Shown: positions 15,896 to 25,026, counted from the stretch's first letter. The stretch: 29,673 nucleotides of DNA from Chloroflexota bacterium (GCA_042408635.1 JBHOQZ010000606.1:1-29673), one strand, 5' to 3'. The notes: a model not told the origin generated them from the letters alone. Made by a program: numbers and translations.

Positions 15896-17584
15896 CTAGG
15901 TGCGGCCGGTGACGCGGGCGGTGGCGCGTTCGAGGAGGCGGATGGCGTCGGCGCCGTCGGCCGGGAAGGTGGCGATGCCCAGGTTGGCGCCCACCTCGAC
16001 CGTGGGCGCCGGCTGCGGCCCCTCGATCGGGAAGGGATCGGCCAGCGCCGCCAGCAGCTTCGAGCCGACCACGGCGGCACCCGCCTGATCCGTTCCCGGC
16101 AGCACCACGGCAAACTCGGCGCCGCGCAGCCGGGCCAGGGTCGAGACGCCGGAGCGCACCACCCCCAGCAGCCGGGCCGCCACCTGCCGCAGCAGGGCAT
16201 CGCCGCAGTGCAGGCCGTAGGAGTCGTTGACCGCGCCGATGCCCTGCAGATCGAGCACGAGCAGCGTCACCGGCTCCGCCTGGCGCCGCGCCTGCGCCAG
16301 CGCCTCCTGCAACCGTTCGAGGAGCAGCCGCCGGTTCGGCAGCCCCGTCAGCAGGTCGTAGAGCGCAAACTGGCGCAGGTACTCCTCCGATCGCCGCTGC
16401 TCCGTCACGTCGCGCAGCAGGACGATCCAACCCGCCCCGGCGGGCCAGGCGCCGCCCGGCCCCTCCAGCTCCCCCAGCCCGCCGACCGGTGAGCGACCGG
16501 GGGCGGTGACGTCGCTGCCGGCGCCCCGGAGGCCGGCGTCGACGGCACCGCCAGGCGCCGAACGCACCCGGTGCGCCAGCGGCGCCAACCGCACCTCGTA
16601 GTAGCGCAGGTTCGCCTCGGTGCCCAGCGCCACCTCCGGCGCCGCGCCCGGTTCGTCGTCCTCGACATCCAGAGCGGTGCCGGCAGGCGCGGCGGACGCC
16701 GCGAGCAGGTCGTCGAGCGAGCGCCCGAGCACCGTCACCAGTTCACGCCCGAGCACGTCGTCGTGGGGACGGCCGAGGAGGCGCAGCGCGGCGGGGTTGA
16801 GGTCGACGACGCGCCCGCGGCGGTCGAGCACGATCACCCCGTCCTGCATGGCCGCCAGCACCGCCTCGTGGGCGACCGGCATCAGGTCGAGGAGGCGCAG
16901 GTGGAAGAGCGCGTAGCCCCAGAGCAGGGAGGTGACCGCGAAGGCGGGGGGCGTGATGTCGAGCCGGCCGAAGGGGCTGAGCCCGCTGATGTAGAGGAGG
17001 TTGACGAGCCACGGCACCAGCGCCCCGGCCAGGAGGGCGACGACCTGGGCGCGGTAGAGCGCAGGCGAGCGCAGCGCCGCCTGGACCATGAGCGCGGTGG
17101 CGAGCAACTGCACCCCGTAGCTGTAGGTCACGTGGACATACCACCAGGGTCCGCGCGTGATCCGCAGCGCCGGGAACGGCCCGTCCACGCCCATCAGGCC
17201 GACGCTGCTCCAGTGCAGGCCGTGGAGGTCGTTGGTGAGCACGATCAGCAGGGTGCAGGTCGGCACCAGCGCGAGCAGGCGGAGGGTCCGCGGGGTGAGC
17301 CAGCGGTCGCGCCCCGTGTAGGCGAGCGCGAAGACGAGCCCCGCCACCGGCAGCGGGGCGATCCCGACGTATTCCAGCTTGGCGAACAGCAGCTTGGTGG
17401 CGAGGTCGGTGCCGGCCGCCTCGCCGGTATAGCCGAGCGCGAAGAGCGCGCCGGAGAGGGTGAAGAGCGTGAAGGCAGCGGCGCCGTGCGTGCCCCGATG
17501 ACGCCAGGCGTAGGCAGTCAGCGCCGCCATGAGCAGGCCGCCGACGAGCGAGGGGAGCGCGTAGGGGGTGAAGGCGAAATGCAT
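15896..17584 (-). CDS. 7TM sensor (HisKA_7TM-like) plus PAS plus degenerate GGDEF domain protein
   Basis: Multi-TM N-terminus (YTGR, GPWWYVHVTYSY, DITPPAF), PAS (DGVIVLDRRGRVVDLNPAA), LRDVTE, YDLLTGLPNRR, VNDSYG; signature reads RGAEF. Start ATG 17584 or 17608. Confidence 0.88.
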   Translation of the reverse strand: MHFAFTPYALPSLVGGLLMAALTAYAWRHRGTHGAAAFTLFTLSGALFALGYTGEAAGTDLATKLLFAKLEYVGIAPLPVAGLVFALAYTGRDRWLTPRTLRLLALVPTCTLLIVLTNDLHGLHWSSVGLMGVDGPFPALRITRGPWWYVHVTYSYGVQLLATALMVQAALRSPALYRAQVVALLAGALVPWLVNLLYISGLSPFGRLDITPPAFAVTSLLWGYALFHLRLLDLMPVAHEAVLAAMQDGVIVLDRRGRVVDLNPAALRLLGRPHDDVLGRELVTVLGRSLDDLLAASAAPAGTALDVEDDEPGAAPEVALGTEANLRYYEVRLAPLAHRVRSAPGGAVDAGLRGAGSDVTAPGRSPVGGLGELEGPGGAWPAGAGWIVLLRDVTEQRRSEEYLRQFALYDLLTGLPNRRLLLERLQEALAQARRQAEPVTLLVLDLQGIGAVNDSYGLHCGDALLRQVAARLLGVVRSGVSTLARLRGAEFAVVLPGTDQAGAAVVGSKLLAALADPFPIEGPQPAPTVEVGANLGIATFPADGADAIRLLERATARVTGRT

Positions 17585-17635
17585 GGGGCTATCCCTGCCC
17601 GGCGTCACGGCTGATGGCCCCGGCCCCGGCCGGGC

Positions 17636-18409
17636 CTACCCAGCGTGCCGGCCGTCTGATCGGGCCGCCGCCTGATCTGCCGGCGCCTGTTCCGCCGCCT
17701 GATCCCCCGCCACCCGGCCGATTGCGCGGGGACCAGGCGGCGCAATGCGGCCGTCGAAGATGACGTCGTGGCCGAGGGTACGGACGCTCGTCTGGGTAAA
17801 GGTCACTGCCTCGCTCAGACGGCGGATGTGGAGGTCGCCGACGGCCTCGATGCCGGCGCCGATCAGCTTGGGTGCGATGCACACGACCAGCCGCTCGACG
17901 AGGGCGCCCCGCAGCGCCGAGGTGATGATACCGCGCCCTCCCTCGATCAGCAGCGAGCCGACGCCGCGCCGGCCCAGGTGCGCCACCAGCGCGGCCAGGT
18001 CGACTCGCCCCTCCGCGTTGCCGGGTAGCACCAGCACCTCCGCCCCCAGCCGCCGGATCGCCTCGCGCCGGGCAACCGGGGCGGCTGGCGTCGTGACCAC
18101 GAGCGTGGGGGCAGCCCGGTCGGTGAGCACGTGGGCGCCGAGCGGCAGCCGCAGCGTGCTGTCGGCCACGATCCGCAGCGGGGATGTCCCGGGCGCCAAC
18201 CGCACCGTCAGGCGCGGGTTGTCCGCCAGCACGGTGCCCACGCCCACCAGGATCGCCGCGTGGCAGGCGCGCAACTCGTGGGCGAGGCGCAGCGACGCCT
18301 CTCCGCTGATCCATTGCGAGCTGCCGGTGCACGTGGCGATCCGTCCGTCGAGCGTCTGGGCGTAGTGCACCGTCACCCGCGGCAGCCGACCACCATCCGA
18401 TTCGATCAC
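17636..18409 (-). CDS. Stand-alone RibD C-terminal reductase-domain (DHFR-fold) protein; start uncertain
   Basis: VTVHYAQTLDGRIAT, SQWIS, AILVGVGTVLADNPRLTVR, LLIEGG, IAPKLIG; no deaminase domain. Confidence 0.85.
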   Translation of the reverse strand: MIESDGGRLPRVTVHYAQTLDGRIATCTGSSQWISGEASLRLAHELRACHAAILVGVGTVLADNPRLTVRLAPGTSPLRIVADSTLRLPLGAHVLTDRAAPTLVVTTPAAPVARREAIRRLGAEVLVLPGNAEGRVDLAALVAHLGRRGVGSLLIEGGRGIITSALRGALVERLVVCIAPKLIGAGIEAVGDLHIRRLSEAVTFTQTSVRTLGHDVIFDGRIAPPGPRAIGRVAGDQAAEQAPADQAAARSDGRHAG

Positions 18410-18437
18410 ACTCTGTCTTCGTGCGCCGGGCGGCCCG

Positions 18438-18553
18438 TCGTGGACTCGACCACGCCGTGCCGCTCGCACGGCGTAGCCTACGCCACTCGCCGGATCGATC
18501 CGCCGGGTACCCGCTTGCGGGTGGGGCGCCATCGGCCGGGGCGGCGCCGCCCC
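18438..18553. repeat. Cluster of six short inverted repeats in the leader of the RibD-C gene
   Basis: Dyads at 18439-18454, 18454-18472, 18470-18484, 18491-18502, 18509-18522 and 18538-18553. Confidence 0.6.
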
Positions 18554-18559
18554 CGCCCC

Positions 18560-18624
18560 ATTCTACCCCGTCGACCAGGCGCGCGAACAGCCTCGACCAC
18601 CCCGCCGCCGCGCCATGGTATGGT
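18560..18624. promoter_or_regulatory. Divergent -10 elements: TAGAAT (- strand, 18560-18565) and TGgTATGGT (+ strand, near 18616-18624)
   Basis: Motif matches between the divergent RibD-C and serine hydrolase genes. Confidence 0.4.
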
Positions 18625-18694
18625 TCCCCGGACGGTTCGGAGCCGGCCCGCCAGCACGGCGCGGGCCGGACGCAGGAGCAGGGAGAAGCCCGGC

Positions 18695-19780
18695 ATGGGT
18701 GGGACAGGGATTGAGCTCTACGTGCCGCCGCACGGCACATGGGCGACGCGACCGCCGGAGGCGGTCGGGCTCGATCGCGGTCGGCTGGACGAAGCGGTGG
18801 CGTTCGCGCTCGCGCACGAAACGCCCTGGGATCGGGACCTCGAGCGGCAGCTCGGTGTCCAGTTCGGTGACATGCCCGACAGCGAGCTCGTCGGGCCGGT
18901 CAAGCCGCGCGGCGCGCCGAACGGGCTGGTCGTGCGCGGCGGCTACCTCGTCGCCGAGTGGGGCGATACCCACCAGGTCGACATGACCTTCAGCGTGACG
19001 AAGAGCTACCTCTCGACCATGGCCGGCCTGGCGCTCGACCGTGGCCTCATCCGCGACCTCCACGACCCGGTCCGCGAGTACGTGCGCACCGGCCACTTCG
19101 ATTCGGAGCACAACCGCGCCATCACCTGGCACCACTTGCTGCGCCAGACGAGCGAGTGGGACGGCACGCTCTGGGACAAGCCGGTCGCCCACGACCGGCC
19201 CGGCAGCCTCGGCCGGCCGCTGCGGGCCCCGGGCACCTTCCACGAGTACAACGACGTGCGCGTGAATCTGCTCGCCTTCGCGCTGCTGCACGTCTGGTGC
19301 CGGCCGCTGCCCGAGGTGTTCCGCGAGCTGGTGGCCGACCCGATCGGCTGCGCCGACACCTGGCAATGGCACGGCTACCGCAACTCCTGGGTCGAGATCG
19401 ACGGCCGGCCGATGCAGTCGGTGAGCGGCGGCGGCCACTGGGGCGGCGGCCTCTGGATCCACGCCCGCGACCAGGCGCGCTTCGGCCTGCTCTGGCTGCG
19501 CCGCGGCCGCTGGGGTGATCGCCAGCTCATCTCCGAGCGCTGGATCGACCTCGCCACCGCGCCCGGCGACATCGAGCCCACCTACGGCTACATGTGGTGG
19601 GTGAACCCCGCGCGCCGGCTCTACCCCAGCGCGCCGGAGAGCGCCTTCGCCGCCCACGGCGCCGGCGCCAACATCATCTTCATCGACCCCGAGCACGACC
19701 TCGTCGTGGTCGCCCGCTGGCTCGACCCCGAGCTGAAGGACGCCCTCATCGCCCGCGTGCTGGCGGCCCTGCCCACTTGA
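18695..19780 (+). CDS. Serine hydrolase, beta-lactamase/AmpC-like fold
   Basis: FSVTKS (SxxK), ITWHHLLRQTS, PGTFHEYND, GGGLWIHARDQARFG, YGYMWW, AHGAG; RBS before ATG 18695. Confidence 0.9.
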   Translation: MGGTGIELYVPPHGTWATRPPEAVGLDRGRLDEAVAFALAHETPWDRDLERQLGVQFGDMPDSELVGPVKPRGAPNGLVVRGGYLVAEWGDTHQVDMTFSVTKSYLSTMAGLALDRGLIRDLHDPVREYVRTGHFDSEHNRAITWHHLLRQTSEWDGTLWDKPVAHDRPGSLGRPLRAPGTFHEYNDVRVNLLAFALLHVWCRPLPEVFRELVADPIGCADTWQWHGYRNSWVEIDGRPMQSVSGGGHWGGGLWIHARDQARFGLLWLRRGRWGDRQLISERWIDLATAPGDIEPTYGYMWWVNPARRLYPSAPESAFAAHGAGANIIFIDPEHDLVVVARWLDPELKDALIARVLAALPT

Positions 19781-19799
19781 GGAGGAGGCGTAGCCACCG

Positions 19800-22052
19800 A
19801 TGACCGAGACCCTCTCGCCCGCCGCGACGGCGCGCCGGGCGATCACGCCCGACGACCTGCTCGCCATCGCCACCATCACCGGCGCCCAGATTGCGCCGGA
19901 CGGCCGCTTCGTCGCCTACGCCGTCCAGCGCAACGACCTCGAGCGCAACCGCAAGCCCGCCGCGATCTGGATCGCCTCGACCGACGGCTCCGCCGCCCAC
20001 CCGATCACCTCGGGGGAGCACGCCGACGGCTCACCGCGCTGGTCGCCGGACGGCCGCCGGCTCGCCTTCGTCTCCGACCGCTCCGGCAAGCCGCAGATTT
20101 ATGTCATTGACCGTGCCGAGTCGGGCTGGGGCGGCGAGCCGCGGCAGCTCACGCGCCTTGGCCGCGGCGTTTCCAACCCCGTCTGGTCGCCCGACGGCCG
20201 CCGCCTCGCCTTCCTCTCGACCGAGGGCAACGGCATGGACGACCGGGAGCGGGATGAGCCGGGCGGGCCGATCCGCCACGTGCGCCGCAAGCGCTACCGC
20301 TTCGACATCGCCGGCTACATCGACGACCGCTTCACCCACATCTGGGTCGTCGACCTGCCGACCGAAGCGGGCGGCCGGATCCCCGAGCCGCGGCAGGTCA
20401 CCCGCGGCGACTACGACGACGTGATGCCCGCCTGGTCGCCCGACGGCAAGCGCCTCGCCTTCACCTCGAACCGCCAGGACGAGCAGAACACCATGTTCCG
20501 CTCCCAGCTCTACGTCGTCGACGTCCCCCCACCCACCCCCACACCCACGGCCACACCGGCCACAGCCCCCCTCTCCCCCGGCCTTCAGGCCGAGCGCCCC
20601 GGGCCCGCAACCACCGCCTCCCTCTCCCCCACCACTGGGGGAGGGGGACGGGCCGGGCACCCTCAGGGTAGCGGTGCCCTACCCACCTCCCTCTCCCCCA
20701 GCATTGGGGGAGAGGGCCGGGGTGAGGGGGATCCCCCCGCCGACGCCGCCCGGCGCGTCGAGGTGACGACCGAGATCGCGCTCGCGCCCGCCTGGTCGCC
20801 CGACGGCCAGCGCCTCGCCTTCATCAGCCGCCGCCCCGACGCTCCGCCCGGCGCCAACAACGCGGTCTACGCCGTCGCGCCGGACGGCGGCGGTCTGCAG
20901 GAGCTCACCGCCGGGTTCGACCGCAGCCCCGGCGTCACCACCTACAGCGACACCTGGTCGACCATGGCGGCGCCGCCGACCTTGTTCTGGGCGCCGGCGG
21001 GTGACGCCGTCTACTTCACCGCCGCCGACTGCGGTCGTGTGCCGCTCTTCCGGGCCGATGCGGGTGGCTCGGGTGGAGTGCGCCCAGTCGTCGGCGGGGA
21101 GCGCACGCTCGCCTTCGGCTCGATCGCGCGCGAGGGCGGGCGGTTGGCCTACGCGGCCGGCTCGTTCACCAACCCGTGCGACCTCTACACCTGCGACGCC
21201 GACGGGGGCAACGAACAGCGCCTAACCGAGATCAACCGAGCGCTGCTGGCCGAGCTGCCGATCCAGGCGCCCGAGCACCTGCCGTTTGCGAGCTACGACG
21301 GCGGCTTCTCGGTCGACGCCTGGCTCTACCGGCCGGTCGGCTACGGGCCGGGACAGCGCTACCCGCTCATCCAGGTGATCCACGGCGGGCCGCACTCGAC
21401 GTTCGGCTACACCTTCTTCTTCGACATGCAGCTCTTCGCCAGCGCGGGCTACAACGTGCTGTTCGTCAACCCGCGCGCCACCGGTGGCTACGGCGAGGCG
21501 TTCGCCACCTGCAACCTCGGCCGCTGGGGTGAGGGCGACGCGCCCGAGCAGCTCGCCGCGCTCGACCTCGCCATCGAGCGCGGGGGCGTCGATCCCGACC
21601 GGCTGGGCGTGACGGGCCTCAGCTACGGCGGCTACATGACGAACTGGCTGATCGGCACCACCAACCGCTACCGCGCCGCCGTGAGCGAGAACAGCGTCGC
21701 CAACCTCGTCTCCTTCTACGGCACGAGCGACATCGGCTGGTACTGGATCGAGGGGGAGATCGCGCCCGACATCTGGTCGAACCTCGACACGTTCTACCGG
21801 CTCTCGCCGATCACCTACGCGGGGCGGGTCACCACGCCGACGCTGTTCCTCCAGGCGGAGGCAGACTGGCGCTGCCCGACCGAGCAGGGCGAGCAGATGT
21901 ACGCGGCGCTGCGGGCGCGCGGCGTCGACGCCGAGATGGTCCGCTTCCCCGGCGAAGCCCACGGCTTCCTCTCCGGCGGCAAGCCTCGCTCGCGCCTCGA
22001 ACGCCGCCGCCACATGCTGCGCTGGTTCGACCGCTACCTGCGCGGGCAGTAG
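19800..22052 (+). CDS. S9-family peptidase (acylaminoacyl/dipeptidyl aminopeptidase) with PD40 beta-propeller
   Basis: Repeated WSPDG motifs, IHGGPH, catalytic GLSYGG, EADWRCP and EAHG; GAGGAGG RBS. Confidence 0.95.
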   Translation: MTETLSPAATARRAITPDDLLAIATITGAQIAPDGRFVAYAVQRNDLERNRKPAAIWIASTDGSAAHPITSGEHADGSPRWSPDGRRLAFVSDRSGKPQIYVIDRAESGWGGEPRQLTRLGRGVSNPVWSPDGRRLAFLSTEGNGMDDRERDEPGGPIRHVRRKRYRFDIAGYIDDRFTHIWVVDLPTEAGGRIPEPRQVTRGDYDDVMPAWSPDGKRLAFTSNRQDEQNTMFRSQLYVVDVPPPTPTPTATPATAPLSPGLQAERPGPATTASLSPTTGGGGRAGHPQGSGALPTSLSPSIGGEGRGEGDPPADAARRVEVTTEIALAPAWSPDGQRLAFISRRPDAPPGANNAVYAVAPDGGGLQELTAGFDRSPGVTTYSDTWSTMAAPPTLFWAPAGDAVYFTAADCGRVPLFRADAGGSGGVRPVVGGERTLAFGSIAREGGRLAYAAGSFTNPCDLYTCDADGGNEQRLTEINRALLAELPIQAPEHLPFASYDGGFSVDAWLYRPVGYGPGQRYPLIQVIHGGPHSTFGYTFFFDMQLFASAGYNVLFVNPRATGGYGEAFATCNLGRWGEGDAPEQLAALDLAIERGGVDPDRLGVTGLSYGGYMTNWLIGTTNRYRAAVSENSVANLVSFYGTSDIGWYWIEGEIAPDIWSNLDTFYRLSPITYAGRVTTPTLFLQAEADWRCPTEQGEQMYAALRARGVDAEMVRFPGEAHGFLSGGKPRSRLERRRHMLRWFDRYLRGQ
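20568..20729. repeat. Palindromic CCCTCTCCCCC...GGGGGAGAGGG repeat elements inside the peptidase CDS
   Basis: Three CCCTCTCCCCC copies (near 20569, 20620, 20689); hairpins 20620-20647 and 20689-20716 (perfect 12-bp stem, GCAT loop) followed by CCGGGGTGAGGGG; extra hairpin 20655-20679. Confidence 0.8.
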
Positions 22053-22177
22053 GGCACCGACCCGTCGCGCGCGCCGGCCGCCGCGCGAGCCTGGTGCGGT
22101 GGCCGTCCGAGGCGCCACCGCACCAACAGGCGGACACGGCGTCGGTCGCCGCATCCAGCGGGCGATAGGGTGAGCCG

Positions 22178-23119
22178 TTAGAGGTCGGTGTAGCGCTCGG
22201 GGGTGCGCACGAGCCAGCGCAGCGCCAGCAGCAGGCAGAACGCCAGGACGACGAGCAAGGCACTCAGCGTGAGCGAGACGTTCAGGTCGCTCTCGAACGC
22301 CTGATAAATCGCCAGCGGCATCGTCTGCGTGCGGCCCACCACGCTGCCCGCGAACATGATCGTCGCGCCGAACTCGCCCAGCGCCCGCGCCCAGGCGAGG
22401 ATGGCGCCGCCCAGCAGCGCCGGCGAGGTAAGCGGCAGTGTGACGGTGACGAAGCGCGCGAGCGGGCCCGCGCCGTCGATCGCGGCAGCCTCCTCGACCG
22501 CGCGCTCGACGCCGCCGAACCCGGCGCGCGCCGCGCGCACATAGAACGGGAGCGCCACGAACGTCTGCGCGACGACGACGGCGGCGGTCGAGAACGCCAG
22601 CTCGATCCCGAGTGCCCCGAGCGTCGGACCGAAGACGCCGCGCCGCCCGAACGTCAGCAACAGCGCCAGCCCCGCCACGGCGGGCGGCAGCACGATTGGC
22701 AGGTCGATCAGGGTGTCGACGACGCGCCGGCCGGGGAACCGCCGCCGCGCCAGCAGGTATGCCACCGGGGTGCCGAGGAGCAGGCAGGCGAGGAGAGTGA
22801 CGGCCGAGGTGGCGAGGCTGAGCGTGAGCGCCGTCGCGACGGTCCGGTTGGCGAGGTAGCCCGGCAGCGTGCCACCCTCGACCGCGCGCAGCAGCACCAT
22901 CAGCAGCGGCAGCCCGAGCAGCACGCCCACGACCCCGAGCGGCAGCCCCAGGCCCAGCAGCGTCGGACCATATTCACTTGGCCGCCCCGGCAACCCAAAC
23001 CGCACCGTCGGTAGGCGTACCCGCCCAAGTGTCACCGGCCACCGCAGTCCCGCCACACCCGCCCGCGGGGCCACGGTGGTCGGACGCTCGATCGGAACGG
23101 CTGTGCGTTGCTCCGGCAA
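22178..23119 (-). CDS. modB: Molybdate ABC transporter permease; start uncertain (TTG 23119 preferred, ORF open to ATG 23506)
   Basis: LGTPVAYLLAR, DLPIVLPPAVAGLALL, AQTFVALPF, EEAAAIDGA (EAA loop), WARALGEFGATIMFAG, TQTMPLAIY. Confidence 0.92.
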   Translation of the reverse strand: MPEQRTAVPIERPTTVAPRAGVAGLRWPVTLGRVRLPTVRFGLPGRPSEYGPTLLGLGLPLGVVGVLLGLPLLMVLLRAVEGGTLPGYLANRTVATALTLSLATSAVTLLACLLLGTPVAYLLARRRFPGRRVVDTLIDLPIVLPPAVAGLALLLTFGRRGVFGPTLGALGIELAFSTAAVVVAQTFVALPFYVRAARAGFGGVERAVEEAAAIDGAGPLARFVTVTLPLTSPALLGGAILAWARALGEFGATIMFAGSVVGRTQTMPLAIYQAFESDLNVSLTLSALLVVLAFCLLLALRWLVRTPERYTDL

Positions 23120-23502
23120 GCGGTCACCCCTTCCCAGATCTGCCGAGCGCTGCACCTGCGCCGGCGGGTACCTAGCGGCGGGCACAGCCAGCCGGGGTGT
23201 GTCGCCTGTCACGCGACACCCGCCCGCGTCCTCGACGTGCCGATCCCGGCCCGCCGCGACCGCGCCAGGATCGGCTGCTGCCAGACACGGACACGCGCTA
23301 CCCGGATTAGCCTGGTGGGTAGGAACTGCGGCGATCGCGGGAGCGCCAGCCGGCCGCCCTCGGGAACGGACAACAGCTGAGCGAGCGTCAGTCTGGCAGC
23401 GAGCATTAGTCAGGAGTAGAACTGGCCAACCGGCGGCGCGCGGGGCTGGTGGACGGGAGAGAGTCCCACACGCCAGCGCCGGTCCGCCAGCCCGTAGGAC
23501 AA

Positions 23503-24393
23503 TCATTCGACCGGACCGACAGGAATAAAGCCGTACCGCGCCAGCACGGCCTGTCCGGCCGGCGCAAGCACAAGCTCGATCCAGCTTTGGGCCAGCTCAG
23601 GCCGGCTGGCGCGACTCGTGGCCGCGATCGGGTAGCTGGCGATGACGTTATACTCGTCCGGTATCGCGATGACCTGAACATCGGGCGCCACGCGCGGCGT
23701 TACATCCGACGAGTAGACGACGGCCGCGTCGGCCTCACCGAGCTGAACCTTCGCCACGACCTGACGCACGTTCGGCTCCTCCGAGACGACGTTGGCCAGC
23801 ACGCGCTGGGCAAAATCCGGTCCGAACGCGGGGTCCCGCGCCATGCGGTCGAGCATCTCGCGGGTGTAGACCGCGATCGGCACCTCGGGTGCAGCGATGA
23901 CGAGCTTGAGGCCGGACCGCGCCAGGTCGCGCGGGCCCATCACCTCGCCCGGGTTGGCTTTCGGCACGATGATCACGAGGCGGTTCTGGGCGAAGACAAC
24001 CGGCTCCCCTACGATGAGGCCAGCCTCGCGCGCCAGATCCATCTGGCGTCCATCCGCCGAGGCGAAGACGTCGGCCGGTGCGCCCTGTTCGAGCTGCGTC
24101 CGCAGCGTGCTGCTCGCACCGAAATTGAAGACGACCGTCGCGCCGGGGTTGCGCTCGGCGAACGCCGGCCCGAGTTCGGTGAAGGCATCGGTGAGTGATG
24201 CGGCCGCGAACACCGTGACCTCGACCGCCGGTTGGCCGCTCGGCGTGCTTCCATGTCCACTTAGCGCGGCGCGGGGCGAAGATCCAAACACCTGCGCTGG
24301 CCAGCCTCCCCAGAGCAGGAGTAGTGTCATCAAGAGAACCGCCCACCGCGCTGCTGGTCGAGCGTGGGCAGGTGGCCGCCCCAACACGTTCAT
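23503..24393 (-). CDS. modA: Molybdate ABC transporter substrate-binding protein
   Basis: VFAAASLTDAF, FNFGASSTLRTQLEQGAPADVFASAD, FAQNRLVII, VSEEPNVRQV, GEADAAVVYSSD, YPIA. Confidence 0.95.
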   Translation of the reverse strand: MNVLGRPPAHARPAARWAVLLMTLLLLWGGWPAQVFGSSPRAALSGHGSTPSGQPAVEVTVFAAASLTDAFTELGPAFAERNPGATVVFNFGASSTLRTQLEQGAPADVFASADGRQMDLAREAGLIVGEPVVFAQNRLVIIVPKANPGEVMGPRDLARSGLKLVIAAPEVPIAVYTREMLDRMARDPAFGPDFAQRVLANVVSEEPNVRQVVAKVQLGEADAAVVYSSDVTPRVAPDVQVIAIPDEYNVIASYPIAATSRASRPELAQSWIELVLAPAGQAVLARYGFIPVGPVE

Positions 24394-24429
24394 GCGCTTT
24401 TCTCCCCCGGTGCACCAAACGTCCTACCG

Positions 24430-25026
24430 CTAACTCCGCGGCGGCGAGTCGATGTCGCGTACCTCGAGACGGGTCAGGCCAAAAACAGCGCGGCCGCCAC
24501 GCTTATCCCCGGGTACAAGCAGGCGCGCTATCCCCTCCCGGCCATCAAGTAGCTGTCCGTCGCGCTCATAGGCGACGAGCACATGCTGCCCGCCAAAGCC
24601 AGGGTCGAGCTCCGCGACGGCCACAATGACTTCATACCCGTCGGCACCTGTAGCCACGACGTATTTCCGCAGGCGGTCGTTGCGCGTGCCGGTCGTGTTC
24701 TTGAGGCGGGCCGCCTGGAGGAGGTCCCACAGGAGGACCCCTCGGTAGGTGGCGGTCTCGGCTCCGCTGCTCGTGGCAAAGGTGTTGGCAAATGTCAGCG
24801 ACGGCAGGGCGCGCAGATCGTCGAGCCCAAGCCGAAGCGGTTGCTCAACCTCTCCGCGTAGCTCGACGACCCCCTCCTGGGTGGTCGGGGCACCCAGCGC
24901 CACGTGCCCAGCCGCGACCACGCCTTCCCCCGCCGGGTACCCGCTCGCGGGTAGGAGGGCACTCACCAGCAACAGCCCAGCCAAAACCAGGACTATCCGT
25001 CGCCTGCCTGCCCTCTGCTGCCGCAC
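24430..25026 (-). CDS. Exported molybdopterin-oxidoreductase-fold (sulfite-oxidase-like) protein containing no cysteine
   Basis: Signal peptide; GEVEQPLRLGLDDLRALP, YRGVLLWDLL, ATGADGY, LVAYERDGQLL, RLLVPGDKRGGR; GGGAGGA RBS. Confidence 0.8.
   Translation of the reverse strand: MRQQRAGRRRIVLVLAGLLLVSALLPASGYPAGEGVVAAGHVALGAPTTQEGVVELRGEVEQPLRLGLDDLRALPSLTFANTFATSSGAETATYRGVLLWDLLQAARLKNTTGTRNDRLRKYVVATGADGYEVIVAVAELDPGFGGQHVLVAYERDGQLLDGREGIARLLVPGDKRGGRAVFGLTRLEVRDIDSPPRS

Noticed and set aside
17636-18532. Calling this gene ribD, or its leader an FMN riboswitch
   Set aside because: It has no deaminase domain or neighbouring rib genes, and the leader lacks the conserved FMN-aptamer segments.
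18695-19780. Antibiotic-resistance beta-lactamase
   Set aside because: It has SxxK and the fold, but no signal peptide and no KTG motif; it fits a cytoplasmic esterase/amidase next to a peptidase.
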